Shown here: positions 49,366 to 62,597 of the stretch, piece after piece
Layout of the letters: each line of letters opens with the position of its first letter
How positions within the stretch are numbered: the stretch's first letter is position 1
Origin: Fimicolochytrium jonesii
Taxonomy: Eukaryota
Assembly (NCBI RefSeq): GCF_025526975.1
Contig: NW_026515684.1
Span: 62,001 to 126,000 of the forward strand
DNA length: 64,000 nt
Direction: 5' to 3'
The notes under the pieces: generated by a model
The model's database searches: none
The model's input: the letters and a program-made list of their open reading frames with translations, nothing else
What the model was told of the DNA's origin: nothing
Made by a program: the position numbers and the translations under genes

Positions 49366-49932
49366 AGTGTTGTGTTTTGGTGCGGTGTCTAGGAGTGGTT
49401 CTGGTTGAGCTTTGCGGTCCTTTTTGTGCTGCTGCTGCTTGCTTCCGCGACGACGTTTGCGACGAGAAGGATCTGCAGAAGTACGGCGAAAGAAGTAGAG
49501 TGATGCGAGACCGATAACTCCGACAGCAAGAAGGCCTACGACGAGATCAGCTACGATGTTGGTACCCGGGACAGGGATAAAGGAGGCAGCGACAGAGGTG
49601 GGAGAGGCTTGAGAAGGAATTTTGCCGAAACCACACGTCGTTGAAAACGATGAGAGATAGTGCAGGGTGTGCGAGAGGACGGTGGATGCAGATATTCTTC
49701 TTTGTCTCTCTGGTCGCTGCAGCTTGCTTGCCCGCTGTGCTTTTTTCTCTGCGGTTCTCTCTCTCCGCCTGTTGGCGCGTCGCGGTTGGAGCGATAGTTT
49801 ACTGTGGTAGTAGCGATGCGAGTGATGATTAGCGCCGGAACCGCGCGCATCGTCTGCGTTTCTGAGCTAGCGTCATTAGGAAATCATCCCCGAATCAACA
49901 TCTCCCTTCTCAACAAAAATCCATGTGGACCT

Positions 49933-49962
49933 CGAATCTTCGCAATGCTTCCCCGGCGTTCT
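49933..49962. promoter_or_regulatory. Candidate heat-shock element upstream of Hsp110
   Basis: GAA (49934), then TTC at 49939, 49949 and 49959: an nGAAnnTTCn pair plus 10-nt-phased TTC units, ~570 nt upstream of the ATG. Confidence 0.45.
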
Positions 49963-50956
49963 GTCATTCTTCCGTAATCCGTAAATAAACCAGTGAATCA
50001 CGTGGAGTCAGACATAAGGTCATATGACTCGAGCCCCGGTGTTCAAAAGGTTTGTTCTTTTGTGCTCGCACTGATTGGCGCCACCGATGTTGTTGATGTT
50101 GTTGATGGTTGTTGCTGTGGCGCTTGGGCCCATCCACCAACATTCCACACCAACATTCCACACGCCATGTGCGATGGGGACCTTTCCTTGAACGATTGGA
50201 AGTTGGAACGCACTGGGATCCCGCAGCGCATGAGTCAGGTGTAATTGCGCAGTGTGGCGCTCTTAATTAAGCTCATTACCTCACGCGCGCGTTTTCCATT
50301 GGTCTTCTCCCAGCGCGAGTGTCCGCCGCTGAGCTTAGGGAAAGAGCTGAGCTGCGTTCTTACTGGTTTGCACGTTCATCAGCATCATATGTATGCCCTT
50401 GTGCTGGCCGGATTTTGATTTTCGCCAGCAACACCTCTCTGTGGGGAAAAAGATTTCAAAGGGGTTGGTGCGTTTCGGTTGCTATTTCCGGCGGCGAAGG
50501 AAGGATCCCTTCCTTACTTGCATCCTGCGACACTTCGCGCATACCCCGTCCCTCCCCAGGAAAAAGCTTTTAATAGCCGACGGAGCTGTGCCCGCCCCGG
50601 CAATCAATAGATACATTGTTCAACCCCCCTCCCCCCGCCTCGCCTCAAACTTTCCATCAAGCCCGTTTGGCTCCCTCGATTCTAAAACGCCTGTTTCTAC
50701 CCAGCGCCCCCCTCGGCTCGACGTTTCCTCCTCTTGCTCTTCTCTGACCTTACCTACTCCTGCGAGATCTTCCATCTCTGTCAACCGTCGTCGAAACAAC
50801 ACTTCAAAGCTTCTCTTGTACGGTTTCGTGTGAGAACCCTGCGTCCGCGGCATATCCTCAATCAACAGCACCTTCCACTCTCCCCCCGCATCGGAGGACT
50901 CCTTCAAACATACAGAACAAATCTTCACTTTTCCGCGCTTTGCAGAATACTCAACA

Positions 50957-53857
50957 ATGAACGAGTACCAAGAACAACAGAACGGACGGTCAGAAGCCAT
51001 AGTGTCTGTGGTCGGGGACGCTCAGCGACAAGTTCCACCAGAAGCTCAGTCCAGCTCGACGCAAGGGCCCGTTGCAACGTCGCATGCCAGGGAGCCATCA
51101 CCGTCGCAGCAACAGCAACACACAGAACAACAGCAGCAGCAGCAAGAAGCGCAGTCGTCAACGCCGGTTCGTTCTCCAACAGGTCCGGTTGCAGCTTCGC
51201 GCCCAAGCACCAACGAGTCGACAATTTTCCCACGCATCAGCACCAGCGATCAAGGCCAACGCGACGCGCAGCAGCGATTGCAACCCCAAAACACCACCAC
51301 CAACCGCAGTGAAGGACAACCTGCGCCAACAGCCACGACGTCTGGTCAGAACCAACTGATTGCACCCACACTCAAAACTCAAGATGGTCCTTTGCGGTCG
51401 TCCAACACCGCGACCGCATCAGGTGACGTGCACGGTCAACCCTCGGGTCCTCCGGCACCACGCCAAGTCGTTCAAGCCTTTGTCGAGTCAAGGGCAGTAC
51501 CAACGATTGGCTTAGGTCAAGATGCTAGGCGGTTATCCGTGGGAGCAGCACAAAGAACCCACGAGCTGGGGAACTTTCAAGCTACTCTCTACTCCACTGG
51601 TCTACAGCAATCGCCAGTTCGTCACGACCTAGCGCTTCCGTTACAGCTGAAAACCGAAGGAATTACTGTAGGGAGCAACGCCGCGATTGAGAACTCGATA
51701 GGTGCCGTCACTCTGCAGCCCAAGCAGTCGAAGCCGCAACACCACCAGCGACCCATTGCGCCACAACCCCAGGGACAACAAAAGCCAGCCCATAATGAAT
51801 CTCCTCGGCAGCAAACGCCGCCCGGCGGGAATGCAGACCCAGCCAGCCAGCAAATACCGAACGGAGGAGTAGTTGCAAATCAAGAACTGCTCGATCACCT
51901 GAAACTGTTCCTTGCCACTGCACCAACCAATTGGGATCCCGAGCACACGATCAAGCGCTTCACACTACCCAATGGCGAGCACATTTCCTGTGTCCTATGG
52001 AACAATCTTTTCCACATCACTGGGACAGACATCGTGCGTTCCTTGATCTATCGATTTGAGGCATTTGGTCGACCGGTGAGCAATGTGAAAAAGTTCGAAG
52101 AGGGTGTGTTTTCGGATTTGCGGAATCTCAAGCCGGGCATCGACGCAACTTTGGAGGAGCCGAGATCAGAGTTCTTGGAAATTCTGTACAAGAACAACTG
52201 CATCAGAACACAGAAGAAGCAGAAAGTCTTCTACTGGTTCTCTGTTCCGCATGACCGGTTGTTCATGGATGCGTTGGAAAGGGACCTGAAGCGTGAGGCG
52301 TTGGGGGTCGAGCCAACTACAGTCGCAACGCACCCCATGCCATTGCTTCCGACCCTGGAGTTGGCCAAGCAGCAATGCATGCCAACGTTGCAACTGGCGC
52401 CAGACCTTCTCGGATTCCCCGGCGATTCCAACGTCGCACTGGAAGATTGGATCAACGTCTCCCCAACGAATACTCAGTTCCACGACTCCATTGGCCAGCT
52501 CGCTCACGAGTTTCAGGCACAGCAGCACGACGGTTTCTCGTACGATGGATCGCGCAATACGTCGCCGAATTTGTCAATGGGTGCGCCATACCTGATAAAC
52601 TCGAATTCTCCGGAAATGTCCGTAGGGGCTCCTCCGTCGCTCATGTCGGACGACGACGCTGCATCTCACAATGCAATGTCCCACATGGGGTTGCAGCATC
52701 AGATGCCTGGCATACCCGGTTTCGGCGTGTTCAACCTTTTCGAAGGCTCGCCCAATTACAAGCAACGACGTCGGGCGCAGTCCTTGTTCAGCGTTAGCAA
52801 GGACATGCCATTGCTTCCGCCAGATTTCCGTCAGGGTGGGGATATCAGCAGAATGGCCAATGCAGTGACGGGTGACTCCTTCAATGGCGTTCAGGTGCCC
52901 ACTCTACCGTCGAATCACCCTAAGGAGACGACTGAGCGCCGCAACTACCTCTGCTCGTTCAGAGACCTGTCCGGACGAGCTGTGTGCGGGCGGAAGTTCA
53001 AGCGATACGAGCACCTTCGCCGGCATATGCGGTGTCACACTGGTGAAAAGCCCTACGTGTGCCCTGTTGCCGGGTGCAACAAGGAGTTCTCGCGCTCGGA
53101 CAACTTGTCTCAGCATTTGAAAGTGCACAATGGGGCGGCGGAGCGAGCCGAGGCAGCAGCAAACGCGGGAGACTCCGGTTCTCGACAAGGGACGGCCCCG
53201 CCGACAACCGCTCCTGAACCTACCGCGATCAAGTCCGTCAACGGGTACAATTCAGGCAGAGGAAACTCTCCAGTTCCGGCGCTCGGAGGACAAGGACTTC
53301 CTGTCGAGTTTGCGACTCCCCACCCGCATCCGTTCGAGCACATGCATTCTCAGTCACTCCCCACATCCCCTATCCTCCGCTCCATGGCGTCTTCAGTGGT
53401 ATATCCCGGTCCAGGCGGCTTCGAGTCGCTACCCGGCCGCGCCGTGCAATCATCCCAACAATTCCCATACCATCATCAGCAGCATCAAATGCCGGCTGAC
53501 CAGGACCATTTCGCTCAATTCGGATACGGCGGTCTGGCATTGCACAACCAGCAAAATACCATCCAACACCAGCGCTCTCTCTCCTTACCTGCCTCACCGA
53601 TGCTACACGGCATGCCTCACCCTGGCGGCTTCGGCGGTTTCAACAACCAATTCAGCCTGGCACATCAAGGGCAGCAGTACGCTATGCCCCAGGCGATGAG
53701 CTTCGCTACCCCGGGATACCAATTCCCTATGATACAGCCTGGACAGCGCCGCCAAAGTGCCCACGACAGCATGTTCGACATGCACGGAATGCACGGCGGC
53801 AACGGTGCACAGCAGAATGGCATGAACAATGGCCAGTCGAACTACGTTTTCGGATAA
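50957..53857 (+). CDS. STE12: STE12/SteA-like transcription factor (STE domain plus two C2H2 fingers), intronless
   Basis: [12 protein letters not shown]...[19 protein letters not shown]...[17 protein letters not shown]...[48 protein letters not shown]...[10 protein letters not shown]. Confidence 0.96.
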   Translation: MNEYQEQQNGRSEAIVSVVGDAQRQVPPEAQSSSTQGPVATSHAREPSPSQQQQHTEQQQQQQEAQSSTPVRSPTGPVAASRPSTNESTIFPRISTSDQGQRDAQQRLQPQNTTTNRSEGQPAPTATTSGQNQLIAPTLKTQDGPLRSSNTATASGDVHGQPSGPPAPRQVVQAFVESRAVPTIGLGQDARRLSVGAAQRTHELGNFQATLYSTGLQQSPVRHDLALPLQLKTEGITVGSNAAIENSIGAVTLQPKQSKPQHHQRPIAPQPQGQQKPAHNESPRQQTPPGGNADPASQQIPNGGVVANQELLDHLKLFLATAPTNWDPEHTIKRFTLPNGEHISCVLWNNLFHITGTDIVRSLIYRFEAFGRPVSNVKKFEEGVFSDLRNLKPGIDATLEEPRSEFLEILYKNNCIRTQKKQKVFYWFSVPHDRLFMDALERDLKREALGVEPTTVATHPMPLLPTLELAKQQCMPTLQLAPDLLGFPGDSNVALEDWINVSPTNTQFHDSIGQLAHEFQAQQHDGFSYDGSRNTSPNLSMGAPYLINSNSPEMSVGAPPSLMSDDDAASHNAMSHMGLQHQMPGIPGFGVFNLFEGSPNYKQRRRAQSLFSVSKDMPLLPPDFRQGGDISRMANAVTGDSFNGVQVPTLPSNHPKETTERRNYLCSFRDLSGRAVCGRKFKRYEHLRRHMRCHTGEKPYVCPVAGCNKEFSRSDNLSQHLKVHNGAAERAEAAANAGDSGSRQGTAPPTTAPEPTAIKSVNGYNSGRGNSPVPALGGQGLPVEFATPHPHPFEHMHSQSLPTSPILRSMASSVVYPGPGGFESLPGRAVQSSQQFPYHHQQHQMPADQDHFAQFGYGGLALHNQQNTIQHQRSLSLPASPMLHGMPHPGGFGGFNNQFSLAHQGQQYAMPQAMSFATPGYQFPMIQPGQRRQSAHDSMFDMHGMHGGNGAQQNGMNNGQSNYVFG

Positions 53858-54950
53858 GAACAATTCTGCGTTCCCGGAATGGGGCCCTTTCCTCCCTCTC
53901 CTTTTGCCTACCTAGATGGACCCTTTGGTAGAACGTTTTGGAAGATGAACAGTCCGCTTTCATCTTTGTACATACACACCCCGATCCCCCTTCTTTCATC
54001 GTACTTTCGATCCGTTCCATTATCCCGGACATGATTAACAAAGTACAATTTTTGGCCTTTCCTGTCACGGCATTCAATATGAAACATTTACCTGCTTATC
54101 ATATCTCGTATGGTTTCGTTCTTTGTTGTTAGTCTTCCCGACTATTCCGCTCTGCATTGTCAAAAGCGCCTATTATTCTGCATGAGTCATGTCATCGCGT
54201 CTCCACTGCCAGCTTGGGCGCTTCTGAGCAGTGACGCCGTTCAAACTTCAAACCTCATCCCTTCTCTCTAAATCTTGAAAATCGCATCGGCAACAGTTGG
54301 TAAGTATGCTCATGCTGAGTTTGAAGAGCTACCAGTGTGTCTGTGGGCTCCCACGGACGTTTCATGGAAGGTGTTTGGAGCGTCTCCTTCCACACCTCTG
54401 ATTGCACTCAGGAGATCACGAACATCTTGCGTTGCCTCCGTCTCCGTCTGATTTCAACATATGGAGTGGAAAGGAACGGTGGAAGGGAAAGCCGGATAAA
54501 CGACAGCTGTTGACGAAAGAGCGTTTTTGTCCAGTCCCCCAGAAACGCACAAACGACCGAAATGCCACGCTATCAACCACTCTCCCTGGACCCATCGGAA
54601 TCGACTCCACACCGACGGTCGAAAACTGCGTTCTACTGCGGCTGGTGCGGGGATGTGATCATTCAGCTGTTCGATAGCATTTCGCATAAGTTCCCGTCGA
54701 GGATTGCGTTTGTGGGATATCTGTCGGGCGGCCTGGTACGCCTTGCTTGTTTGGCAGTGTGACCAAGGCGCATCCTCGGACTGAAGGCTGATAACCACTT
54801 TCATTCAGTTTGCTGTTGCCTGGTGGACGTTCATTGATGGGCTGACCTATGCACGAACGCGACCAGAACCGTTGCCGGTGTCGACGGGTGTGGAGGATTG
54901 GATTCCGGGGATCTTATCGACGTTGGCACTGATTATGTGAGTCTGGACAT

Positions 54951-54967
54951 GGGGGGGGGGGGGGGGG
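54951..54967. repeat. G17 homopolymer in the STE12-ATP1 intergenic region
   Basis: Direct read. Confidence 0.9.
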
Positions 54968-55988
54968 AAACAAGACGATAGGAAGAAGCGGATCGGTTGA
55001 ACGAGAGAGGCTCATCTCCTCATTAGGATGGGCTGGTTTAACTGAGAACGTATCCTGACTGCGATCCCCTGGCTTTACAGTGTGAATCTTATCGACCGGG
55101 AAATGTTGAACAGCGAAGGGGACGGCTCGTTTGGCGGCCCCAACATCGCTACGAGAGCACGGGGATGCGCTTTCGTAGGCGTCTCCATCGCTCTCGGATC
55201 TCTTGGTGGCGGATTCGTAAGTACAGGGGCACATTCAAAAAAGGAAATGCCTGAGGAAGGCTGACGAGTGGATTCTTTCCTGCAGGCCGTAACATTTTTG
55301 AAGTACATTCTGCAACATCACACATCCGGTGATGAAGCGTACCTCGGTTATTGTATAACTCTGCAGAACATCTTGATCTTTGCCTCGTAAGTGATCCCCC
55401 ATCCGAGGTACAATCGAAGTGTGAAGATCTCGTCTCTGACACTCATTCCCTCGCCAGATCAATGATTTTATGGTTCGGACGTAATAGTGGGAACGACTCT
55501 CAAGCATTCCCAGGATATTGATAGCGTTAATGCGAAACCATGGCCCTAGGTGGTCGGCAACAGATTTTGTACATTCTTAGCAGCCTGAAACCCATTCTCT
55601 CCTGCAACATGTTGGCCTTTCCCAAATATAATGGCGCGATGCAGGCATCCTGTACTGCATCGGCCAGTTGACTCGATTATGGTGCGGATGCATTGCAAAC
55701 GCCTGCCATGGTTTGCGATTTGTGATCCCTGCACGAAACGGTGCATAAACTGTTTGCCCACCGGGTGTCTTGTAGGCTTTTGCGCGAACGAGTCACGTGT
55801 TCCACCGCCCGTTTGTTGTTCAGCCATCCCGCCTCTACCCGAGAGCCCCAACAACGGCCCTTCTCGACGGTTCGTTCACGCACACACCTCATCGGCTGCA
55901 GGAGAGGCTACCTCGCTTTGCTCCGTTCATCTACACTGCTGCACTCCCTCTCAGCGCTCTCGCAAGGCACATACCCCTCGCTGCAAAA

Positions 55989-58255
55989 ATGATGAAGGGT
56001 CTCGTTTCCCCCGCCGCCCGATTGGGTCTGGTAAGTGTCTGAAGAATCGGCAGATTGGAGGCTTTGAGCGTCAGTCCTTTTCGATTATCCCACGAGGAAG
56101 ACGCTGTATTTGGGAAGTTGGAGCAGCCGTGGAGGATGCTGGAGTGGGAGGAACTAATTCTTGCGGGAGTCACTCAGCAGAAATACGAGAATCTGAGGCC
56201 TGATGCGGTCACACTTGATTTCTAACCGACGAACTCCTCTTTTTTTTTGTCGATAGGCAAGGTCTTTCGGCACCAGCGCTCGCGCTATGGCTGCCAAGCC
56301 TGGTATGTATATGGAGGAAGTGAGTCTTTTCTGGGAGCCAGACGAAGGGATGTACTGAGAATCTTGTTGTTCTTTAGGAACTGCTGAGGTCTCCTCCATT
56401 CTCGAGAGCCGTATTCTCGGTGCCGAGGGTGCCGAGGGCAACATCCAGGAGACCGGTCGTGTCCTCTCCATCGGAGACGGTATCGCCCGTGTGTACGGTC
56501 TGCGCAACGTCCAGGCCGAAGAGATGGTGGAATTCTCCTCCGGTCTCAAGGTACGTGCTGCCCGCTGTTTCCGGCCCGTGAGCTTAGCCAGATGGGAAAC
56601 TTATCTCTTCCGCTACTTTAGGGACAAGCCCTGAACTTGGAAGCTGACAACGTCGGTGTTGTCGTCTTCGGTAACGATCGTCTCATCAAGGAAGGTGACA
56701 TCGTTAAGCGTACCGGTGCTATTGTCGACGTCCCAGTCGGCAGGGGATTGTTGGGTCGTGTCGTTGACGCCCTCGGTAACCCCATCGACGGCAAGGTGTG
56801 TATATTCACCCTATCCCCAGCAATCGATTCTGGAAGCCAATCTGCGGTGTGACTGATGAAACGATGATCATGTCTAGGGTCCTCTTGTCGACGTCAAGCG
56901 TCAGCGTGTGCAGGTCAAGGCTCCCGGTATTATCCCCCGTGAGTCCGTGAAGCAGCCTATGCAGACCGGTATCAAGTGTATCGACTCCATGGTGCCCATT
57001 GGTCGTGGTCAGCGTGAGCTGATCATTGGCGATCGTCAAACCGGAAAGACCGCCGTCGCTCTCGACACCATTCTGAACCAGAAGAGGTGGAACTCTGGGT
57101 CTGAGGAGGCCAAGAAGCTTTACTGTGTCTACGTCGCCGTCGGCCAAAAGCGTTCTACCGTCGCTCAGTTCGTGCAAACCCTTGAGGAGAACGGTATGTG
57201 TTCTGTTGCCCAGCATGGATGATTAGAATTGTGTCAGCTGAAATAGCGCCATCGCAGATGCCCTCAAGTACTCCATCATCGTCGCCGCTACCGCCTCCGA
57301 CGCCGCCCCTCTTCAGTTCTTGGCTCCTTACTCCGGTGCCGCTATGGGAGAGTACTTCCGTGACAACGGAATGCACTCTTTGATCATCTACGATGATTTG
57401 TCCAAGCAGGCCGTCGCTTACCGTCAAATGTCCTTGTTGCTTCGTCGTCCCCCCGGTCGTGAGGCCTACCCCGGAGATGTCTTCTACTTGCACTCTCGTC
57501 TCCTCGAGCGTGCCGCGAAGATGAACAAGACCCAGGGTGGAGGGTCCATGACCGCCCTGCCCGTTATTGAGACCCAGGGAGGAGATGTGTCCGCCTACAT
57601 CCCCACCAACGTCATTTCCATTACGGACGGTCAGATCTTCTTGGAGGCTGAGCTTTTCTTCAAGGGTATGTCAGCAATGCTTCGTTCAGGTAGATTCCTT
57701 TTCAAAATCTAAAGCTGCAATCCCATCAGGTGTTCGTCCCGCTATCAACGTCGGTCTGTCCGTCTCCCGTGTCGGATCCGCCGCGCAGGTTAAGGCTATG
57801 AAGCAGGTGGCTGGATCTCTCAAGCTTTTCTTGGCTCAGTACCGTGAAGTCGCTGCTTTCGCGCAATTCGGTTCCGATTTGGATGCGTCGACTCAGTTTT
57901 TGCTGAACCGTGGTGCTCGTTTGACTGAGCTCCTCAAGCAAAAGCAATACACTCCTCTCTCCGTCGAGCACATGGTCGTTATCATCTACGCTGGTGAGTT
58001 CGATGAACAGATGGCATGGTTTTGCACACGAGTTTGTAGAGCAACAACTGATTTATCCCATTTTCTTCAGGTGTCAACGGTTTCCTTGACAAAATCCCGG
58101 TCGACAAGGTCACCGCCTTCGAGTCTGCTGTCATCCCACATGTCCAGGCTACAGCCCCCGAGATCTTCGAGAACATCAAGAAGGAGAACGCCATCTCCCC
58201 CGAGACCGACGCGAAGATCAAGGAGGTTCTTGGAGCTTTCGCCAAGGATTTCTAA
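55989..58255 (+). CDS. ATP1: Mitochondrial F1 ATP synthase alpha subunit, about 8 exons
   Basis: Presequence exon [84 protein letters not shown]; stop TAA at 58253-58255. Confidence 0.97.
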
Positions 58256-58824
58256 ACGGCGAACCATGGACAGCCCCTCGCGTTACCCGGCTTCGCTCAG
58301 TTTTGAGCTATGAGCCCTAGCTGGAGCGAAATACCTTTGTAATTGATAAACCCTCTCATGAGCTTGTGATAGAAGGAATGAATATTTTATATGCATCATC
58401 CGGAATGACTGGAGCAGGCTGATGGGATTTCCGGCGGAGTTGTGGAGTCGTTGGAAGGAGACGTTTGAACGTGGCGAGAAAAGTGGAGATTTGCGATCCG
58501 TGAGTCTGTGCGAGATGATCAGCGCGCTCGCATACGAAAAACCGCGTCTCTGTTCGCTACTCCACCGCCGAGATCAACTTCAAGATCACTCGTATTCTTG
58601 ACAGCAGCGGGAAGGTTGTGAGATATATAGTTGCGGACGGAGGAGATACGAGCCGTCAGTCTCTTTCCATCAACCTGATCCTCCCCTTGTATTCGCTGAA
58701 GCGCGATTTCGACATCCGTACGCCGTTCACAGAACGGTTCAGTCCAAGAATCGGAGACCAAGCGCTCCGTCAACTGCACTATCAGTATCAGGAACAGCGA
58801 TAGATAAACCAGGACGTGGAAAAG

Positions 58825-60291
58825 ATGTCCGTGTCGAGCTTTTCACGAACCCTCCTATCCCATCCGCTTTCGCGATGGTATCCCCTCGTCAAACCTGGCC
58901 AGGCAGCATGTTCGCAAACTCGAATGCTCTCCCTCTTCTCCAGCAACAAATCCACGGAAGCGTCAGCAAAACCTGCTCACGGTACACGAAGTGCATGGCC
59001 CCGTGAGCAACTGATCCCCACTACCGGCACATACCCAAAAGGATGGCGAGCAGGAGGATGGCATTCGGGCGTGAAAAAGCAGAAAGAGCTTCCGTTCCCG
59101 CCTAAGGATCTCGCTATCATTGCGTCAGATGCAAGGTTCCCAGTAACGGCATCTGCCGTTTTTACGTTGAATGCGTTTGCGGCGGCGCCTGTGAAGGTGT
59201 CGAAGGAGGTGATTGGGAAACAACGAGGCACGGGATTGAGGGCCGTTGTTGTGAATTCCGGGTGTGCGAATGCGTGCACTGGTGAGCAGGGATTGCAGGA
59301 TGCATGGAGGATGAGTGCGGTGGTGGACGCAGCGTTGAGTAAGGGAGACGCTGCCAGCAGCAAAAACCATCCCGAGACGATCGTCATGTCCACGGGTGTG
59401 ATCGGCCAACATTTGGACATGGACAAGATTGTCAAGGGCATCGAAGAACTAGCCCCCAACTTGGAAGAGTCGCATGATGGTTGGTTAGGTGCTGCGGAAG
59501 GGATCATGACTACCGACACCTTCCCCAAGCTGCGGAGTCAGGAGTTCAAGACGTACCGGATGGCCGGCTGGTGTAAAGGGGCGGGGATGATCCACCCGAA
59601 CATGGCCACCATGCTGAGTGCGGTGTTCACCGACGCGAAACTCAGCAAGAAGGCCCTTGACGCGGCCACAAAGTACGCAGCCGATCGGTCTTTCAATGCC
59701 ATCAGCATTGACGGAGACACGAGCACGAACGACACGTTTGCTGTCCTCGCCAATGGCGCCTCTGCATCTGCCACGCTGATCGACGACATATCATCCCCCG
59801 AGTTCCTCGAGTTTCGGGATAACCTCACCTCATTTGCCGCAGACCTCGCCAAGCTCATTGTCCGCGACGGCGAAGGCGCGACGAAATTCGTCGAGATCCG
59901 CATCAAAGGCGCGAAAACATTCGTGGACGCTCGCAAAGTTAGCAGCACCATCGCCACGTCCCCGCTCGTCAAAACAGCGCTGTACGGGAAAGATGCCAAC
60001 TGGGGCCGAATCATTTGCGCGGTGGGGTACTCTGAGATTGCGGGATTGAATCCTGACAAAGTCAGTCTTCACGTGTCGTCGTCCTCCGCTGCCAACGGCA
60101 GCAACGAGAGTATCCATCTCTTCAAGGATGGAGCACCATATGAAAGCGATGAGGACAAAGCAGCGCGAATTCTGGAGAATGAAGATCTGTTGCTGAGTGT
60201 GGACTTGGGGATGGGAAAAGAGGAGGCCACAATGTACACCTGTGATTTCAGTCATGATTATATCAGTATCAACGCTGACTATCGTAGTTAG
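58825..60291 (+). CDS. ARG7: ArgJ ornithine acetyltransferase, mitochondrial, intronless
   Basis: VVNSGCANACTG, MSTGVIG, IMTTDTFPK, KGAGMIHPNMATML (autoprocessing Thr), DGDTSTND, DGEGATK, DANWGRI and INADYRS. Confidence 0.97.
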   Translation: MSVSSFSRTLLSHPLSRWYPLVKPGQAACSQTRMLSLFSSNKSTEASAKPAHGTRSAWPREQLIPTTGTYPKGWRAGGWHSGVKKQKELPFPPKDLAIIASDARFPVTASAVFTLNAFAAAPVKVSKEVIGKQRGTGLRAVVVNSGCANACTGEQGLQDAWRMSAVVDAALSKGDAASSKNHPETIVMSTGVIGQHLDMDKIVKGIEELAPNLEESHDGWLGAAEGIMTTDTFPKLRSQEFKTYRMAGWCKGAGMIHPNMATMLSAVFTDAKLSKKALDAATKYAADRSFNAISIDGDTSTNDTFAVLANGASASATLIDDISSPEFLEFRDNLTSFAADLAKLIVRDGEGATKFVEIRIKGAKTFVDARKVSSTIATSPLVKTALYGKDANWGRIICAVGYSEIAGLNPDKVSLHVSSSSAANGSNESIHLFKDGAPYESDEDKAARILENEDLLLSVDLGMGKEEATMYTCDFSHDYISINADYRS

Positions 60292-60612
60292 ACGGGGGCA
60301 TGTAGTGATAGGGCTAAAGGAATGAGAAGCATGGCTCAAATGTCATGGAAAAGCTGATCAGATCCAAAATTATCGCATTCCGATGTGTGACTCTGAGGCG
60401 TACGAATCGATGAATAAGGCTGGGAACTAGTGTACATGTAGAATTGCGAAATGGGAAATACGATCCAAGGACATGCTTCCTCAATACGCATAGCATTGAT
60501 GATACGCCGACTCTCACAATCTTTTCGCACATGGTGTCATGGATTCCGAGATACGCTTCCCATGTATTTCCCACCACATCCAGCCCGAATATGTAGGTCA
60601 GCAACTAATCAT

Positions 60613-61828
60613 CTACTTCAACTTTTGCAAGAGCCCCTCCAAAACCTTCAACACCGCGTCACCCATTTGTTTGGTGGTGACTTCTCCGCCTAAATCCTTC
60701 GTCCGTAACGCCTGTTCGTCAAGAACGATGGCCACTGCTTCTTCGATGGCTTTGGCTTCTCGGACAAGGCCGAACGAGTATTCGAGAAGCATTGCAGCGG
60801 AGAGAATTGTTCCAATGGGGTTTGCTATGCCTGTGGACGATTAACGGTTAGCGAGGGTATGCAGATCGCAAGAACGTCATATTGCAATCCGCGACATCAA
60901 AGAGCTTACCTTTTCCGGCAATATCAGGCGCACTCCCGTGAATGGGCTCATAGAGTCCAACATTCTTCGCTCCCCACCCACTCAAACTCGCGCTAGGCAA
61001 CAACCCCAAACTTCCAGGGATTACGCTGGCTTCGTCCGACAGGATATCCCCAAACATGTTCTCAGTCAGAATGACTCCATTCAGCGACATCGGGCTCTTC
61101 ACCAACAGCATGGCCGCGGAATCGACCAAGTTATGCTGGAGAGGTATGGCGGGGAACTCGTTCTTCAAAGTTTGCGTAACAGTTTTCCTCCATAGACGAG
61201 ACGTTGCGAGCACATTCGCCTTGTCGATGGATGTGATGGGCAAAGGCGGAGAATGCAAACTCGAGATGGAAGCGGCAATGCGCGTGATCCTCTGGATTTC
61301 TCCGACCGAGTATTCCATGGTGTCCCACGCCACACCCTCTTCATTCTCCTCCTGCCGCTTTCCAAAGTAGATACCGCCTGTCAACTCCCTCACAAAAATG
61401 ATGTTGCATCCCTCCACGATACTTTCCTTCAAAGGCGAGAGGCTCAAGAGCGATTTCGCCGGGAAGCTGCAAGGGCGGATATTGGCGTACAATCCCAACT
61501 CTTTTCGTAGCTTCAACAATCCTTGTTCCGGCCTCGCAGGGCTAGGGTTCTCTTTCGTGGCCGGTTTGGGCCACTGTGGCCCACCAACGGCGCCGAGGAG
61601 GATCGCGGAAGCGGAACGGCATGCGTTGAGGGTGGAGTCGGGCAGAGGACTTCCGGTGGCATCGATAGCGGCGCCGCCAATGAGATGCTGATCGTGGAAG
61701 GTGAAGTTATAGTTGAGAGTGGTCGAAACGAGGGTGAGTATGCGACGTGCTTCGGCGACAATCTCGGGGCCGATGCCGTCCCCGGATAGCAGCACGATGG
61801 ACGGCGAGGAGACGGTTGAGGTAGTCAT
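60613..61828 (-). CDS. LEU2: 3-isopropylmalate dehydrogenase, 2 exons
   Basis: [81 protein letters not shown]. Likely ATG is at 61828, not the track's upstream start. Confidence 0.97.
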
Positions 61829-61950
61829 TGTTCCTTCGTGGTTATGGCTGTGAGTTTCTGTGCTTTCGGTTAACGAGTGAAGTCTTCCAAGATCTTTGCG
61901 ATTGAAATTGAATTCTTCGAAAAAAGCTCGATGTTGAATGTCTGAACCCC

Positions 61951-61981
61951 ATGAGTCACCCGCATCTCCATTCTGACTCAT
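61951..61981. promoter_or_regulatory. Pair of Gcn4/CpcA-type TGASTCA elements upstream of LEU2
   Basis: ATGAGTCAC (61951-61959) and CTGACTCAT (61973-61981), ~125-150 nt upstream of the LEU2 ATG. Confidence 0.6.
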
Positions 61982-62597
61982 CACGTCATTGCTGTGCGAC
62001 ATCATCGCCGACATGTGGGATTCGGGCCTTTCGGCGGCGTACGGCACGGGTGGCTTAGCATCGGAGCTTCAAATCGAAGCCACGAAGACAAAATACCGAG
62101 TGATCGTTCACGAGGGAGCTGGGAGACAGTGGTGACATGATGACATCACTTTTAGGTGGTGACGGCATTCGAGATTGACAACGAAGGTTTTTACTGTTTC
62201 GTTTTGCTTGGCCATGTCGAGATTGATATTATGAGAAACTATACTACAGCGGCACTAAATCGGGCAGTTGTCGTATGTGCAATTCGTCAGGCGGGAGAGG
62301 TGGCATGACGGCGCCCGCAGAGGTATTTCCCCACGAGAGCGCGTCACGACCGAGCTTCCCTTCCCAAGACTAAGTTAGAACAAAAGAGGCCCAGCCACCT
62401 CCTTCCATTCAGGATTATTCCAAGGATATATAAGGACGGGGGACACGGACAAGCTTTCCCTCCTCTCAAAGTTTTTGGCACACCACCACCACACCCTCCT
62501 TCGTACCACACTGCTCTTGAGAGAGTACGGCAACCAACGCTCAAGCCTCTTCCACTGCCTCCACCGACACCAAATAACATACAAGCAAAATTTAATC

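Noticed and set aside
61829..62047. N-terminal extension of LEU2 in the ORF track
   Set aside because: Begins at a non-ATG codon and crosses promoter-like sequence containing the Gcn4 sites; homology starts at MTTSTV.
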